Origin: Oscillospiraceae bacterium
GTDB taxonomy: Bacteria; Bacillota; Clostridia; Oscillospirales; WRJC01
Assembly (NCBI GenBank): GCA_009777355.1
Contig: WRMA01000003.1
Span: forward strand, 1-54,492
Direction: 5' to 3'
Length of the DNA: 54,492 bases
The notes beneath the pieces are model-generated. The model was not told the DNA's origin and did not search any database. It saw only the letters and a program-made list of their open reading frames with translations. Position numbers and translations under genes: made by a program. Shown piece by piece: positions 9,410 to 18,735 of the stretch; position 1 is the first letter of the stretch; every line of letters starts with the position of its first letter.

Positions 9410-10741
9410 TTATCTGTATTTATCTTTCGCGCTGTGCCAGTCGCGTTTGATTATAGTTATTATAGGCAGTAAAAACAACGCGACGAAAGAGGCCGCGAAA
9501 CCGTTGTTATATAAATTAAGCCCCCCGTTTATATCCCCTATATACAACGCGACGTTTACGTGCATGAATCCCGCGATAAATCCCCATACCCAGCCGAACA
9601 TTCCCGCAATCGGCGCGAGTCCGCTCGCGAACAGTATAGACGTAATCTGATTCAACGCCGCCGGGTTCTCCTGATTCGCGTACGCCGACGCGACCGCGCC
9701 CAGCGCTATTGGGAACACGTTTTTTATATGCTTGCCCAAACTGCCGAATCCCGTCATAGTCAGTATCCCCGCAAGTATAGGCCCGCTGATTTGCGCGTTC
9801 AGAACCAGCGCGAGAGTCGTTCCGAAAGAACACAGAACCGCCATATTTATATATATACTGTTCGAGTACATCTCGTAATAATCCGTCGCCAGTCTGCCCG
9901 AATGGCCGTGTATCTTCAGAAACCCCGAAAAACTCTTCCTGACCCCGGACTTAAACTCTTCTGTCCTAAACTTAAATATCCCCGAAAACAAGCCTATTAT
10001 CAGCATCACCCCCGAAAGCGAATATAACAGAACCGCGAAGAAAAAATTATTCCCCCCGCTTACGTAAGACGCGGAAGTAATCTCGATTCCCAGCAGACTC
10101 TTGTAAAGAGTCGCGAGCATAGTCGCGATAAGTCCGCCGGCAAAACCCATGTTATATAAATTATACCCTCCGTGTACTTTTACTGATTCAGCCGATATTA
10201 CCGGGAAAATAAACCCCACGAAAAACCCGAGTATAACCCCCGCCGCTATTTCGAATACCGGGCTGAAAACCCCGAGAAAAGCGATTTCGCTTATAGTCGG
10301 GCTCAGCGTCGCTACGAGCATCGCCGAAAGATAATAACTCGAGAACGGCATTTTGCAGTATTTGGTAAACAGCCATACCCCTGTCGTAAGCGGCAGCATA
10401 TTAAAAACGTTCTTGCCGAAAAAAGCGAACCCGATAGACAGCCACATCGCCATTATATTAGCGCCGCCCGGTTTAACCCCAAGGCGAAGAACCATTGCGA
10501 CGCTGAAAATCCCGACGATTGAAACGTTGAGCAGAGCCGCTCCCACTCCTCCGACCTCTATGTAATCCGTAACTAAAATAGACCTCGACGTAATAATCTT
10601 TATAAACCCGCCGAAAACGTCCTCCGGAGAATCTATTATGAACGCAGCCGCCATAAAAGCCAGGTTTACGCCGAGCATGAAAATAAACGGCAGATATTCA
10701 AAATATTCAACCCCGGAAAATATACCTCGTATTTTCTTCAT
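9410..10741 (-). CDS. Multi-pass membrane protein, DUF1576-like
   Basis: Internally duplicated motifs GFAFFGKN/GFGSLGKH and GYNLYNMGFAGG/GLNLYNNGFAAS; ~12 hydrophobic segments. Confidence 0.75.
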   Translation of the reverse strand: MKKIRGIFSGVEYFEYLPFIFMLGVNLAFMAAAFIIDSPEDVFGGFIKIITSRSILVTDYIEVGGVGAALLNVSIVGIFSVAMVLRLGVKPGGANIMAMWLSIGFAFFGKNVFNMLPLTTGVWLFTKYCKMPFSSYYLSAMLVATLSPTISEIAFLGVFSPVFEIAAGVILGFFVGFIFPVISAESVKVHGGYNLYNMGFAGGLIATMLATLYKSLLGIEITSASYVSGGNNFFFAVLLYSLSGVMLIIGLFSGIFKFRTEEFKSGVRKSFSGFLKIHGHSGRLATDYYEMYSNSIYINMAVLCSFGTTLALVLNAQISGPILAGILTMTGFGSLGKHIKNVFPIALGAVASAYANQENPAALNQITSILFASGLAPIAGMFGWVWGFIAGFMHVNVALYIGDINGGLNLYNNGFAASFVALFLLPIITIIKRDWHSAKDKYR

Positions 10742-10748
10742 ATATTTC

Positions 10749-11216
10749 TTAATTCAATTCTCCCCGCATACTGCATAAACCAATAATTTTTTCCGCGGCT
10801 TCGGCTATATACTGCGCCATTGGTTTCTCTGATATCCCCATTATATTTATATTGCATTTCGACGTTAAAACGGGCACTAAAATTTTAACCGCCCCGCTTT
10901 CGCAGACCGCGCCGGCAATCAGCGGGCTGATTTCCCCTCTCATAGAGTTTGCGAAGCATATCCCGACCGCTCCGGTTATTATATCGGCCGTTTTCGCGTT
11001 ATATATAATCGCGTTCTCACCCGTCGCGGCTATATCGGCCCCGCCTTTGAGCATCGCCGCGGTCGCCGCGGAGTTTGTCCCCGCCGCCGCGATTTCAAAA
11101 TCAACGCCGCTCCTCTCTTGTTTTATATGCTTTATATTCTCGGTTATACTTCTTCCTATGCCTCCGCCCTGTCCGTCTATTACCAGTATTTTAAATATCT
11201 TTTTTGATTTTATCAT
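10749..11216 (-). CDS. DUF3842-like protein
   Basis: VIDGQGGGIG, AGTNSAATAAMLKGGA, ATGENAI, ANSMRGEISP. Confidence 0.8.
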   Translation of the reverse strand: MIKSKKIFKILVIDGQGGGIGRSITENIKHIKQERSGVDFEIAAAGTNSAATAAMLKGGADIAATGENAIIYNAKTADIITGAVGICFANSMRGEISPLIAGAVCESGAVKILVPVLTSKCNINIMGISEKPMAQYIAEAAEKIIGLCSMRGELN

Positions 11217-11220
11217 AAAA

Positions 11221-12540
11221 TTATTCCTCCGTCCTGTCTATATTTATTACCCTCAGCGTTCTCCCCGAATTCGTCCTGCCGTATACAACAAGATTTTTTT
11301 CGTCGGGCGAAAAAGAAAAATCATAAACTATATTATACAGCGACGAATAGATTAGCTTCTTCGTCTGTATATCTATAACGCTTAACTTCGTCATGATGCC
11401 GTTGGGAGACAGAGCCGCGAGATATTCCCCGTTTGAACTCACGTCTATCTGAAAATAATTAACCTGCGACCTCATTACTTCCCTCATTCTTCTCTCGCCT
11501 ATATTAAAATACCCTCCCCTGAATAAATTCCCCTGACCTGCGGAAGCGATATCCGTTCCGGGAAGAAAATAATAAAATATTATATTGTCGTTAAGAAATA
11601 TAAAATTATTCGCCTCCAGAGACGTCAACTGTTCGTTCTCTCCGGGAGAAGCCGCGGTAATTCCCGCGTTTCTCACGAAATTATCGGCGTAAAGCCTGTA
11701 AAATATACGCCGGTCGTCTCCGGACCATACGGGGGTTCTCGCGGTCAGCGACGCTCCGCCCGATTCGGCCGCGGCTATAATCTCTTTCATGTTCGACGCA
11801 TTTATAGTCATATTCGATTCCCGCGGGTTCGCGACAAAAAAACCTCTGTCCGTAGCAAGCGCGAGCGTTTCTTTGTTATTCGACAGCGACGTCTGATAAA
11901 TATTAAAATTACCCGGATAAGAATAATTATCCGTAATTCTCATTCTGCCGGTATCGAACAGAAACGCGGATTTATTATTCGAGAGGAAAAACGTTCCGTC
12001 TCCGTAATCTTTAAACGTATAGTCTTTATTCCGGAAACTTTCGATAAAATCATCCCTGACCGCCCGGTTCGCGACAGATATATTAATCTCCCCCGTCTGT
12101 CCGTCCGTATTAATCAGCGCGATTCTCATAACTTCTTCCGGTTCTTCCAATTCACTTCTTTCAGTTCCTTCAGTTCTTTCAGCTCTTCCCGAACAGAACA
12201 ATATAATATCCATATTATCCGTTATTTTTGCCGCGGCAACAGAAAGCTCCCCAAATTCCGTGTTTCTCAATCCCGAAATATTTATAATATTCTCTTCGAC
12301 CGTAAATCTTCTGTTTCCCGGAGTTCTGTCGTTTACCGTTTCGCCGTCGCCGGAAAGAGCCGTTCTGCTGCCCGCGTATTCGTCCGCGAATTTATAAATC
12401 AGGGGCGCGGTCATAATAACCGTCGCCGCAACGATTAAATACACGACGGCGTTGAGCAGTTTATTTTCCCTCGCTTCTTTTATATTATTTATATTATTAT
12501 TTTTTATACTTGTTTTTTCAAGTTTAAATTTATCATTCAT
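11221..12540 (-). CDS. Membrane-anchored hypothetical protein with probable beta-propeller (TolB/WD40-like) domain
   Basis: N-terminal TM helix; repeated blade-like motifs PVWSGDDRRI, VSSNGEYLA, FSFSPDEKNL. Confidence 0.55.
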   Translation of the reverse strand: MNDKFKLEKTSIKNNNINNIKEARENKLLNAVVYLIVAATVIMTAPLIYKFADEYAGSRTALSGDGETVNDRTPGNRRFTVEENIINISGLRNTEFGELSVAAAKITDNMDIILFCSGRAERTEGTERSELEEPEEVMRIALINTDGQTGEINISVANRAVRDDFIESFRNKDYTFKDYGDGTFFLSNNKSAFLFDTGRMRITDNYSYPGNFNIYQTSLSNNKETLALATDRGFFVANPRESNMTINASNMKEIIAAAESGGASLTARTPVWSGDDRRIFYRLYADNFVRNAGITAASPGENEQLTSLEANNFIFLNDNIIFYYFLPGTDIASAGQGNLFRGGYFNIGERRMREVMRSQVNYFQIDVSSNGEYLAALSPNGIMTKLSVIDIQTKKLIYSSLYNIVYDFSFSPDEKNLVVYGRTNSGRTLRVINIDRTEE

Positions 12541-12545
12541 TCATT

Positions 12546-12680
12546 AGACCCCTTGCGAAATTAAAATCCTGATTGTAGGGGCGCGCATTGCGCGTCCGCA
12601 AAATTAACGCAGTTTTGATGTTTTTCGGACGGACGGCCAATGGCCGCCCCTACATGGTAACGCAGTTTCGCAAGAAGTCT
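12546..12680. mobile_element. MITE-like element, second copy of 852-986
   Basis: Ends AGACCCCTTGCGAAA / TTTCGCAAGAAGTCT flanked by ATT...ATT; same internal GTAG REP doublet and spacer. Confidence 0.8.
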
Positions 12681-12866
12681 ATTCAAAACCAAAACCATCG
12701 GCTTAATATTTCTATTTTTAAATATATATTTCTATTTTATCACATAAAAAACAATATATCAAAATAATTTTTGAATATATAACAAATTATTTACACTAAA
12801 TCTATAAATAATCTGTTAGAATAGTATTAATCAAGTTTTTATTTTTAAAATTCAGGAGGATTTATT

Positions 12867-15704
12867 ATGTCCGCATCTTATTTATCTCTTTTATCTCTGT
12901 CACTCGCAGACAAACTCGCTCTTCTCCAAAGCAACACCCACGGCAACTATTCCCCGTCGCGAACGGTCAGCCAAATCGCCTACGCCCTGAAAATATCCGC
13001 CGTTGAAAACGGAAAATTCAACAAAGAAATCGAAGCCGTTATCGATTTTCTTCTCGGCGACATAAACGGCTCCGGTACTATAACTGCCCTCTCCGCAAGG
13101 CAAGCCGAGCAAAAACTCGAAGAAATCCCGGATTTAAAAAATACTGCGAAAAAAATCAGCGTGATTTGCGTTTCCCACGCTCACATAGACATGAACTGGA
13201 TGTGGGGGTATCAGGAAACCGCCGCGATTACAGTCGATACGTTCAGAACTATTCTTGACCTGATGAAAGAATATCCTGATTTTACTTACTCCCAGTCGCA
13301 AGCGTCAGTCTATAAAATCATCGAAGACCACGACCCCGATATGCTCGAGGAAATAAAAGCCAGAATCAAAGAAGGCAGATGGGAAGTTACTGCCTCGACA
13401 TGGGTCGAGACCGACAAAAATATGCCTAACGGAGAATCTCTCGCGCGGCACATTCTCTATACCAAAAGATATTTGTCAAAACTTCTCGATATAAAACCCG
13501 ATTCTATGCAGCTCGATTTTGAGCCCGACACGTTCGGACATAACTTAACCGTTCCCGAAATTTTAAACAAAGGCGGCGTAAAATATTATTATCACTGCCG
13601 GGCCTTCGACGGGGAATCAGCCTACAAATGGCAATCTCGCAACGGCGCGCAGATTATAGTCTGGAAAGACCCGTGGTGGTACAACTCCGAAATTAATTAC
13701 GACACGTTTTTTGATATGCCCAATTTCTGCAGCAAATACAAAACGGACGTTATATTAAAAGTCTACGGCGTGGGAAATCACGGCGGAGGCCCTACAAGAC
13801 GCGACGTCGAGAGAATATCGGACATGTCGACATGGCCGATTATGCCGAGTATAAAATTCGGCTCTTATCACGAGTTTTTCAAGCGTCTCGAAGCCCAATC
13901 AGACAATCTCCCCGTTATAAATCATGAATTAAACTTTGTTTTCACGGGCTGTTACACTTCTCAATCGAGAATAAAACTGTCAAACAGAATTTCAGAGGAC
14001 AGGCTTTACGAAGCCGAGGCGTTCGGCGCCGCCGCGGCTATATTCTCCGGCAAATCAAAAGCGAAAAGCTTCGAGTCCGCGTGGCAGAAAGTTCTGTTCA
14101 ATCACTTTCATGATATAATCACCGGTTCGGGCGTTATTGACACACGCGAATACGCTATGGGCGAGTTCCAGAAAGTTCTCGCAACCGCCCAGACAAACAC
14201 AACGAACGCCCTGCGCGAAATCGCGTCGAGAATCGACACGTCGTCAATAGAAGTCGAATACGACAAAAATTCCCTCTCCGAAGGCGGCGGAGTCGGCTAC
14301 GCGACCGAACACGCATCAGGCTTTAAATTCCCCCAAACAGAACGCGGCAACGGCAAAGTAAGAATCTTTCATTTATTTAACCCTACTGAATTTGAACGCG
14401 AATCCCCCGTCGAAATAAACGTCTGGGACTGGTATTACGACACTAACAGAATAAGCATAAAAGACTCCGAAGGCAATAAGTCCGAACATAAAATCACGGT
14501 AAATCAGAGCGGTTACTGGGGTCACAGTTATTTCAGGGTCGCGTTTACGGCAAAAATCCCCGCTCTCGGTTACGCGACTTATATCTTAACCGAAGAACCC
14601 AGAGGCGAACTAAATCTCGCCGCGGATTCCGGAGGACGCCTCGACTATTTTTCAGACGACAATATAATCCTCGAAAACTCCAGAATAAAAGCGACTTTTA
14701 CTAATAATATGACCCTGCATGAATTACTGGATAAAAAAACAGGAAAAAAATTATACTCTCCCCAATGCTCCCTGCGTTTTATCCAGGAAAATAATATTCA
14801 CGGCATGACTTCCTGGCGCGTGGGTCCCCGCATGAACGCCGAAGATTTAAACGGCAGCCGCAACGTAAAAGTCCATGACCATAATCTTTGGGGTATAAAA
14901 AAATGGGTAAGATATGAAATCAAATTCAAAAACTCAAAGGTAAACGTCTGCGTCGTTCTCGACGACAACAGCAAAACCCTGCGTTTTGAAATCACAGCCG
15001 ACTGGCACGAAGTCGGAAATCACGAAGCCGGCATACCACAGTTAAGCTTCTTCACTCAGCTTCAAAACGGCAAAACGTCAAGCTACAGATACGACATACC
15101 GTTCGGAACTATTGACAGGGAAGAAAAACAGCACGATATGCCCGGCAACAGTTACGCCGTCTCTCTTCCCCAAACAAACGAAGATTTACCCGTAATGCTC
15201 GCGACAGACTCGAAATACGGATTCAGGACAGCCGACAATTCTATTTCGGTCAATTTAATCCGTTCGTCGTACGACCCCGACCCGTACCCGGAATACGGCG
15301 TACATCACATGGTAATCGGCGTCGCTATACCCGACGATTTACAGAACCAAACCCTCTCAAAAATCCGGGACGAACTCGTCCACCCGACAGCCTATATCTC
15401 CGGAACGAAACACACCGGCGAACTTCCCCTCGCCGCAAGCCTGTTTAAACTATCCGGCGACGTTATTTTATCGGCCGTTAAAACCGCCGAAGATTCGAAA
15501 GACGGCAAAACAATAATAATCCGTCTTTACGACGCGAACGGCAAAGGCTCGACCGCAACCCTCGACTTCGCCAAAGAAATAGCGAAGGCAAGCGTCGTCG
15601 ATTTAAACGAAATATATAAAAAGCCGCTGAAAATCAACGGCAGCTCTGTTTCTCTCGACGTTCCGGCATACGAAGTAATAACAATATCGGCGGAGTTTAA
15701 GTAA
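12867..15704 (+). CDS. Glycoside hydrolase family 38 alpha-mannosidase
   Basis: SHAHIDMNWMW, NGESLARH, EPDTFGH, YGVGNHGGGP, GCYTSQ, NHFHDIITGS; RBS AGGAGG. Confidence 0.93.
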   Translation: MSASYLSLLSLSLADKLALLQSNTHGNYSPSRTVSQIAYALKISAVENGKFNKEIEAVIDFLLGDINGSGTITALSARQAEQKLEEIPDLKNTAKKISVICVSHAHIDMNWMWGYQETAAITVDTFRTILDLMKEYPDFTYSQSQASVYKIIEDHDPDMLEEIKARIKEGRWEVTASTWVETDKNMPNGESLARHILYTKRYLSKLLDIKPDSMQLDFEPDTFGHNLTVPEILNKGGVKYYYHCRAFDGESAYKWQSRNGAQIIVWKDPWWYNSEINYDTFFDMPNFCSKYKTDVILKVYGVGNHGGGPTRRDVERISDMSTWPIMPSIKFGSYHEFFKRLEAQSDNLPVINHELNFVFTGCYTSQSRIKLSNRISEDRLYEAEAFGAAAAIFSGKSKAKSFESAWQKVLFNHFHDIITGSGVIDTREYAMGEFQKVLATAQTNTTNALREIASRIDTSSIEVEYDKNSLSEGGGVGYATEHASGFKFPQTERGNGKVRIFHLFNPTEFERESPVEINVWDWYYDTNRISIKDSEGNKSEHKITVNQSGYWGHSYFRVAFTAKIPALGYATYILTEEPRGELNLAADSGGRLDYFSDDNIILENSRIKATFTNNMTLHELLDKKTGKKLYSPQCSLRFIQENNIHGMTSWRVGPRMNAEDLNGSRNVKVHDHNLWGIKKWVRYEIKFKNSKVNVCVVLDDNSKTLRFEITADWHEVGNHEAGIPQLSFFTQLQNGKTSSYRYDIPFGTIDREEKQHDMPGNSYAVSLPQTNEDLPVMLATDSKYGFRTADNSISVNLIRSSYDPDPYPEYGVHHMVIGVAIPDDLQNQTLSKIRDELVHPTAYISGTKHTGELPLAASLFKLSGDVILSAVKTAEDSKDGKTIIIRLYDANGKGSTATLDFAKEIAKASVVDLNEIYKKPLKINGSSVSLDVPAYEVITISAEFK

Positions 15705-15719
15705 ATAACGGCAATAAAA

Positions 15720-15820
15720 CGCCGCCCTTTAGTAATAGAGCGGGGGATTTTCAAGGGGAATCGCGGCCAATTCCCCTTGAATTTCTTTTTTGGTACTTTT
15801 TGTGAAACGACAAAAAGTAC
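15720..15820. repeat. Hairpin cluster including a family-C AT-rich palindrome; probable terminator between convergent genes
   Basis: TTCAAGGGGAAT...ATTCCCCTTGAA hairpin then TTTCTTTTTTGGTACTTTTTGT...ACAAAAAGTAC. Confidence 0.55.
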
Positions 15821-15825
15821 ACGGT

Positions 15826-16737
15826 CTACCCGTCCGCGTTGATTTTTTCAATAATCTCCTTTAAAATATCGTCGCATTCGTCGTACGGAACCTGACACGT
15901 TCCGACCTGTCTGTGTCCGCCGCCGCCGTATTTTAACATAAGCGAACCGACGTCCGTCTTCGACGTTCTGTTCAATATACTATGCCCGACGGCTATTGCG
16001 ACGTTCTGTTTGTTTCTTCCGTCGACTACCCAGAGAGATATGTTCTGTTCGGGGTATTTCGCATATATCATAAATCTATTTCCCGTATATATCGGCGAAA
16101 CGTCTCTCAAATCCGTAACGACCGCGTTCCGGTAAACTTCCGAGCGTTCGCCTATCATCTCTTTGAACATCTCCGTCTGCTCTTTATATTTCGCGATTCT
16201 TTCCTTAACGTCGGGGTCTTCGAGAATCTCGTCTATTTTTTTTGCCCTGCATTCGTCCAGCAGCTTTTCCATCAGCACGTAGTTGCTTACGCTGAAATCC
16301 CTGAATCTTCCCAATCCCGTCCTGGGGTCCATCAAAAATCCCATAAGCACCCAGCCTTCGGGCTCGAGTATATCGCCGATTTCAAGAGAACCCGAGTCTA
16401 CTTTGTCGACCGCCGCTATCATTTCTTCAAAGCAGGGCATTTTTTCTTTTCCGCCGTAATACTCGTAAACTATGCGCGCCGCGCTTTTCTCCATGCGGCT
16501 TTCGCCTTTAAATTCGACGTCCTTCACCCTCTCTTCTTCGCTTGAATGATGGTCGAACCACATTCCGCAGCCGGGAACGTACGGAACGTTAGTAAGAACG
16601 TCGTTTTCCGTGACATGGATTATCCCATCCTGTAAATCTTTAGGATGCACAAAAGTCCAGGTATCGATTACACCCAAATCTTTCAGGACGGTTCCGCAGG
16701 CAAGACCGTCGAAATCCGAACGAGTTACCAAATTCAT
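15826..16737 (-). CDS. DHH/DHHA1-family phosphoesterase (exopolyphosphatase-like / nanoRNase-like)
   Basis: TRSDFDG, WFDHH, SAAR, C-terminal GGGGH. Confidence 0.8.
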   Translation of the reverse strand: MNLVTRSDFDGLACGTVLKDLGVIDTWTFVHPKDLQDGIIHVTENDVLTNVPYVPGCGMWFDHHSSEEERVKDVEFKGESRMEKSAARIVYEYYGGKEKMPCFEEMIAAVDKVDSGSLEIGDILEPEGWVLMGFLMDPRTGLGRFRDFSVSNYVLMEKLLDECRAKKIDEILEDPDVKERIAKYKEQTEMFKEMIGERSEVYRNAVVTDLRDVSPIYTGNRFMIYAKYPEQNISLWVVDGRNKQNVAIAVGHSILNRTSKTDVGSLMLKYGGGGHRQVGTCQVPYDECDDILKEIIEKINADG

Positions 16738-16786
16738 AAAACATTTCTCCCTATTATTTTATTTATATTTTTTATATTTTTTAGAT

Positions 16787-16898
16787 AGACTTCTTTCAAA
16801 TAAATTAAACGCTACCATGTAGGGGCGGCCATTGGCCGTCCGTCTGAAAAACGTCAAAACTGCGCTAATTTTGCGGACGCGCAATGCGCGCCCCTACA
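16787..16898. mobile_element. Truncated, inverted family-A MITE/REP element fused to the 3' end of the oxidoreductase gene
   Basis: One AGACTTCTTTCAAA terminus, then reverse complement of the 852-986 core; its GTAG supplies the TAG stop at 16894-16896. Confidence 0.75.
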
Positions 16899-17934
16899 AA
16901 AAAACCTCTCTTCCTGTTTCCGCCGATTCGTAAACCGCCCTGACTATCCTCACGCTTTTAATCGCCTCCGCCGGAGTCACAAGAGGCTCCCGGTTCTCTA
17001 TGACTGCCGAAATCATATCCTCGACCTGAACGGAATGTCCGACCGCGAGAGACGGGTCGAGAGCCGCGGCGGCGCCGTTTCCTCCGCCGTAGGTTTCCAG
17101 CATATCGTTTTCCTCGAAAGAATCGCCGCCCGCAATCTTCCAGAGCTTCAGCGAATCGCCGTCTATTTCAACCGAGCCTTTCTCCCCGTACAACTGAATA
17201 TCAGTACATATCCCGGGATAACAGCAGGTCGACGACGTAAACGACGCGACGGCCCCGCTTTCGAACTTAACAATCGAAACAGTCAAATCCTCCGTTTCTA
17301 TTTTATGATTATAGACCCCCGAAACGGAAACGACGCTTTTTACGTCTCCCATAAGCCATTGCATCAAATCGACCGTGTGTACCGCCTGATTCATAAGAGA
17401 ACCCCCGCCGTCCATCTCCCACGTGCCTCTCCAGCCGCCGCTGTCGTAATAATTCTGGTCCCTGAACCATTTTACGGCGAAATTACCCAGTATAATTTTG
17501 CCGAACCTGCCTTCCTCGACGGCTTCTTTTACGGGTTTCATGACCGCGTTGAATCTATTCTGGTGAATAACCCCCGCCTTTAAACCCGTTCTTTTTGCCG
17601 CTTCTTCTATTTCCATAGCTTTTTCAACGGTAATCTCTACCGGCTTTTCTACCAGAATATGCTTGCCTTTTTCAAGAGCCCTCACAGAAAATTCTGAATG
17701 GAGACCGCTCGGAACGCACACGGATACAATATCGATATCCGTATTTTCAAGCATTTCGTCAAAAGACTTATAAGTCAGAACCCCTTCGTAGGCCTGTTTC
17801 GCAGATTCAAGTTTTTCTTCGAGCAAATCGCAGACTGCGATTAACTCCGCATTTTTCGAGTTGTATACGGCGTCGCAGTGGGCGCGTCCGATTCCCAGAC
17901 CGACGACGGCGTATCCGATTTTTTTTTCAGGCAT
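16894..17934 (-). CDS. Gfo/Idh/MocA family oxidoreductase
   Basis: VVGLGIG Rossmann motif, KHILVEKP, WRGTWEMDGGGSLMNQAVHTVD. Confidence 0.92.
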   Translation of the reverse strand: MPEKKIGYAVVGLGIGRAHCDAVYNSKNAELIAVCDLLEEKLESAKQAYEGVLTYKSFDEMLENTDIDIVSVCVPSGLHSEFSVRALEKGKHILVEKPVEITVEKAMEIEEAAKRTGLKAGVIHQNRFNAVMKPVKEAVEEGRFGKIILGNFAVKWFRDQNYYDSGGWRGTWEMDGGGSLMNQAVHTVDLMQWLMGDVKSVVSVSGVYNHKIETEDLTVSIVKFESGAVASFTSSTCCYPGICTDIQLYGEKGSVEIDGDSLKLWKIAGGDSFEENDMLETYGGGNGAAAALDPSLAVGHSVQVEDMISAVIENREPLVTPAEAIKSVRIVRAVYESAETGREVFL

Positions 17935-17996
17935 AAATATTTTCGCACCTCTCTTTAATTATTATATAAATTACAAGACCAAATTAATATTTGTAT

Positions 17997-18074
17997 TGTA
18001 GGGAACGCATTTATGCGTTCCGTGAAAACAAAAAATTATATGTATTTGCGGAACGCATAAATGCGTTCCCTACA
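17997..18074. repeat. GTAG REP doublet (family A2)
   Basis: GTAGGGAACGCATTTATGCGTTCC...GGAACGCATAAATGCGTTCCCTAC; inverted relative at 25107-25196. Confidence 0.8.
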
Positions 18075-18107
18075 ATCATATCCATCTATAATTAATCACT
18101 CTCGGAT

Positions 18108-18425
18108 TTAATTAATTCGCTTTAACGCAATATCATAAACTTCCTCGTCATTGCGCGCCGCAATAACTATAATCTCCATTATATCGCCTTTGCGAACCAA
18201 TTCGTAAACCACGCGAATACCTAACTTTTTTAAAACTATCTTACATAATCCGGTAAGATTCCGTCCTTGTTTATGACCCAGGGGCTTCCCGTAACCGCCT
18301 TCGTTTTGCGGGAGAGGGTTTTTTGAGACTTTCAGAACAGCTTTGTCAATTTGCTCTAACTGATAGTTATTAAATGCCTTCCGGTCCTTTTTCGCTTCGT
18401 CAGAATATTTAATCCGGTAACTCAT
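18108..18425 (-). CDS. RelE/ParE-family type II toxin
   Basis: Start reassigned to ATG 18425 (MSYRIKYSDEAKKD); GYGKPL, LTGLCKI, GIRVVY, IIVIAARNDEEVY; basic; overlaps upstream acidic ORF. Confidence 0.85.
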   Translation of the reverse strand: MSYRIKYSDEAKKDRKAFNNYQLEQIDKAVLKVSKNPLPQNEGGYGKPLGHKQGRNLTGLCKIVLKKLGIRVVYELVRKGDIMEIIVIAARNDEEVYDIALKRIN

Positions 18426-18696
18426 ACTCAAGCTCAACGTCCTCCTCTTCGAGCATACGGTCAATATCTTCGACAGTTAAGCCTCTCTCGGATAAAATCT
18501 CTTCAAAAGACCATTTAATCCCGTTATCATTTTTCTTGCGTTCCGCGGCAAGAGAGATTAAATAATCGTCTTCGTATTCATCGTCAAAATATCTATTATT
18601 TTTTATTATCTTACTTTTGGGATATAATTTCTTGAGATGGATATATGCCGAATTTATATCTGCGTTATCGTCAAAATTTATCGTAATTGAATTCAT
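18409..18696 (-). CDS. Putative cognate antitoxin
   Basis: Small acidic protein (EDDYLISLAAER...SFEEIL...GLTVEDID) overlapping the toxin start; start moved to ATG 18696 by RBS spacing. Confidence 0.7.
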   Translation of the reverse strand: MNSITINFDDNADINSAYIHLKKLYPKSKIIKNNRYFDDEYEDDYLISLAAERKKNDNGIKWSFEEILSERGLTVEDIDRMLEEEDVELEYELPD

Positions 18697-18735
18697 ATCT
18701 ATCATGCTCCCCCGCAATCCGCGTTAAAATCTTCC

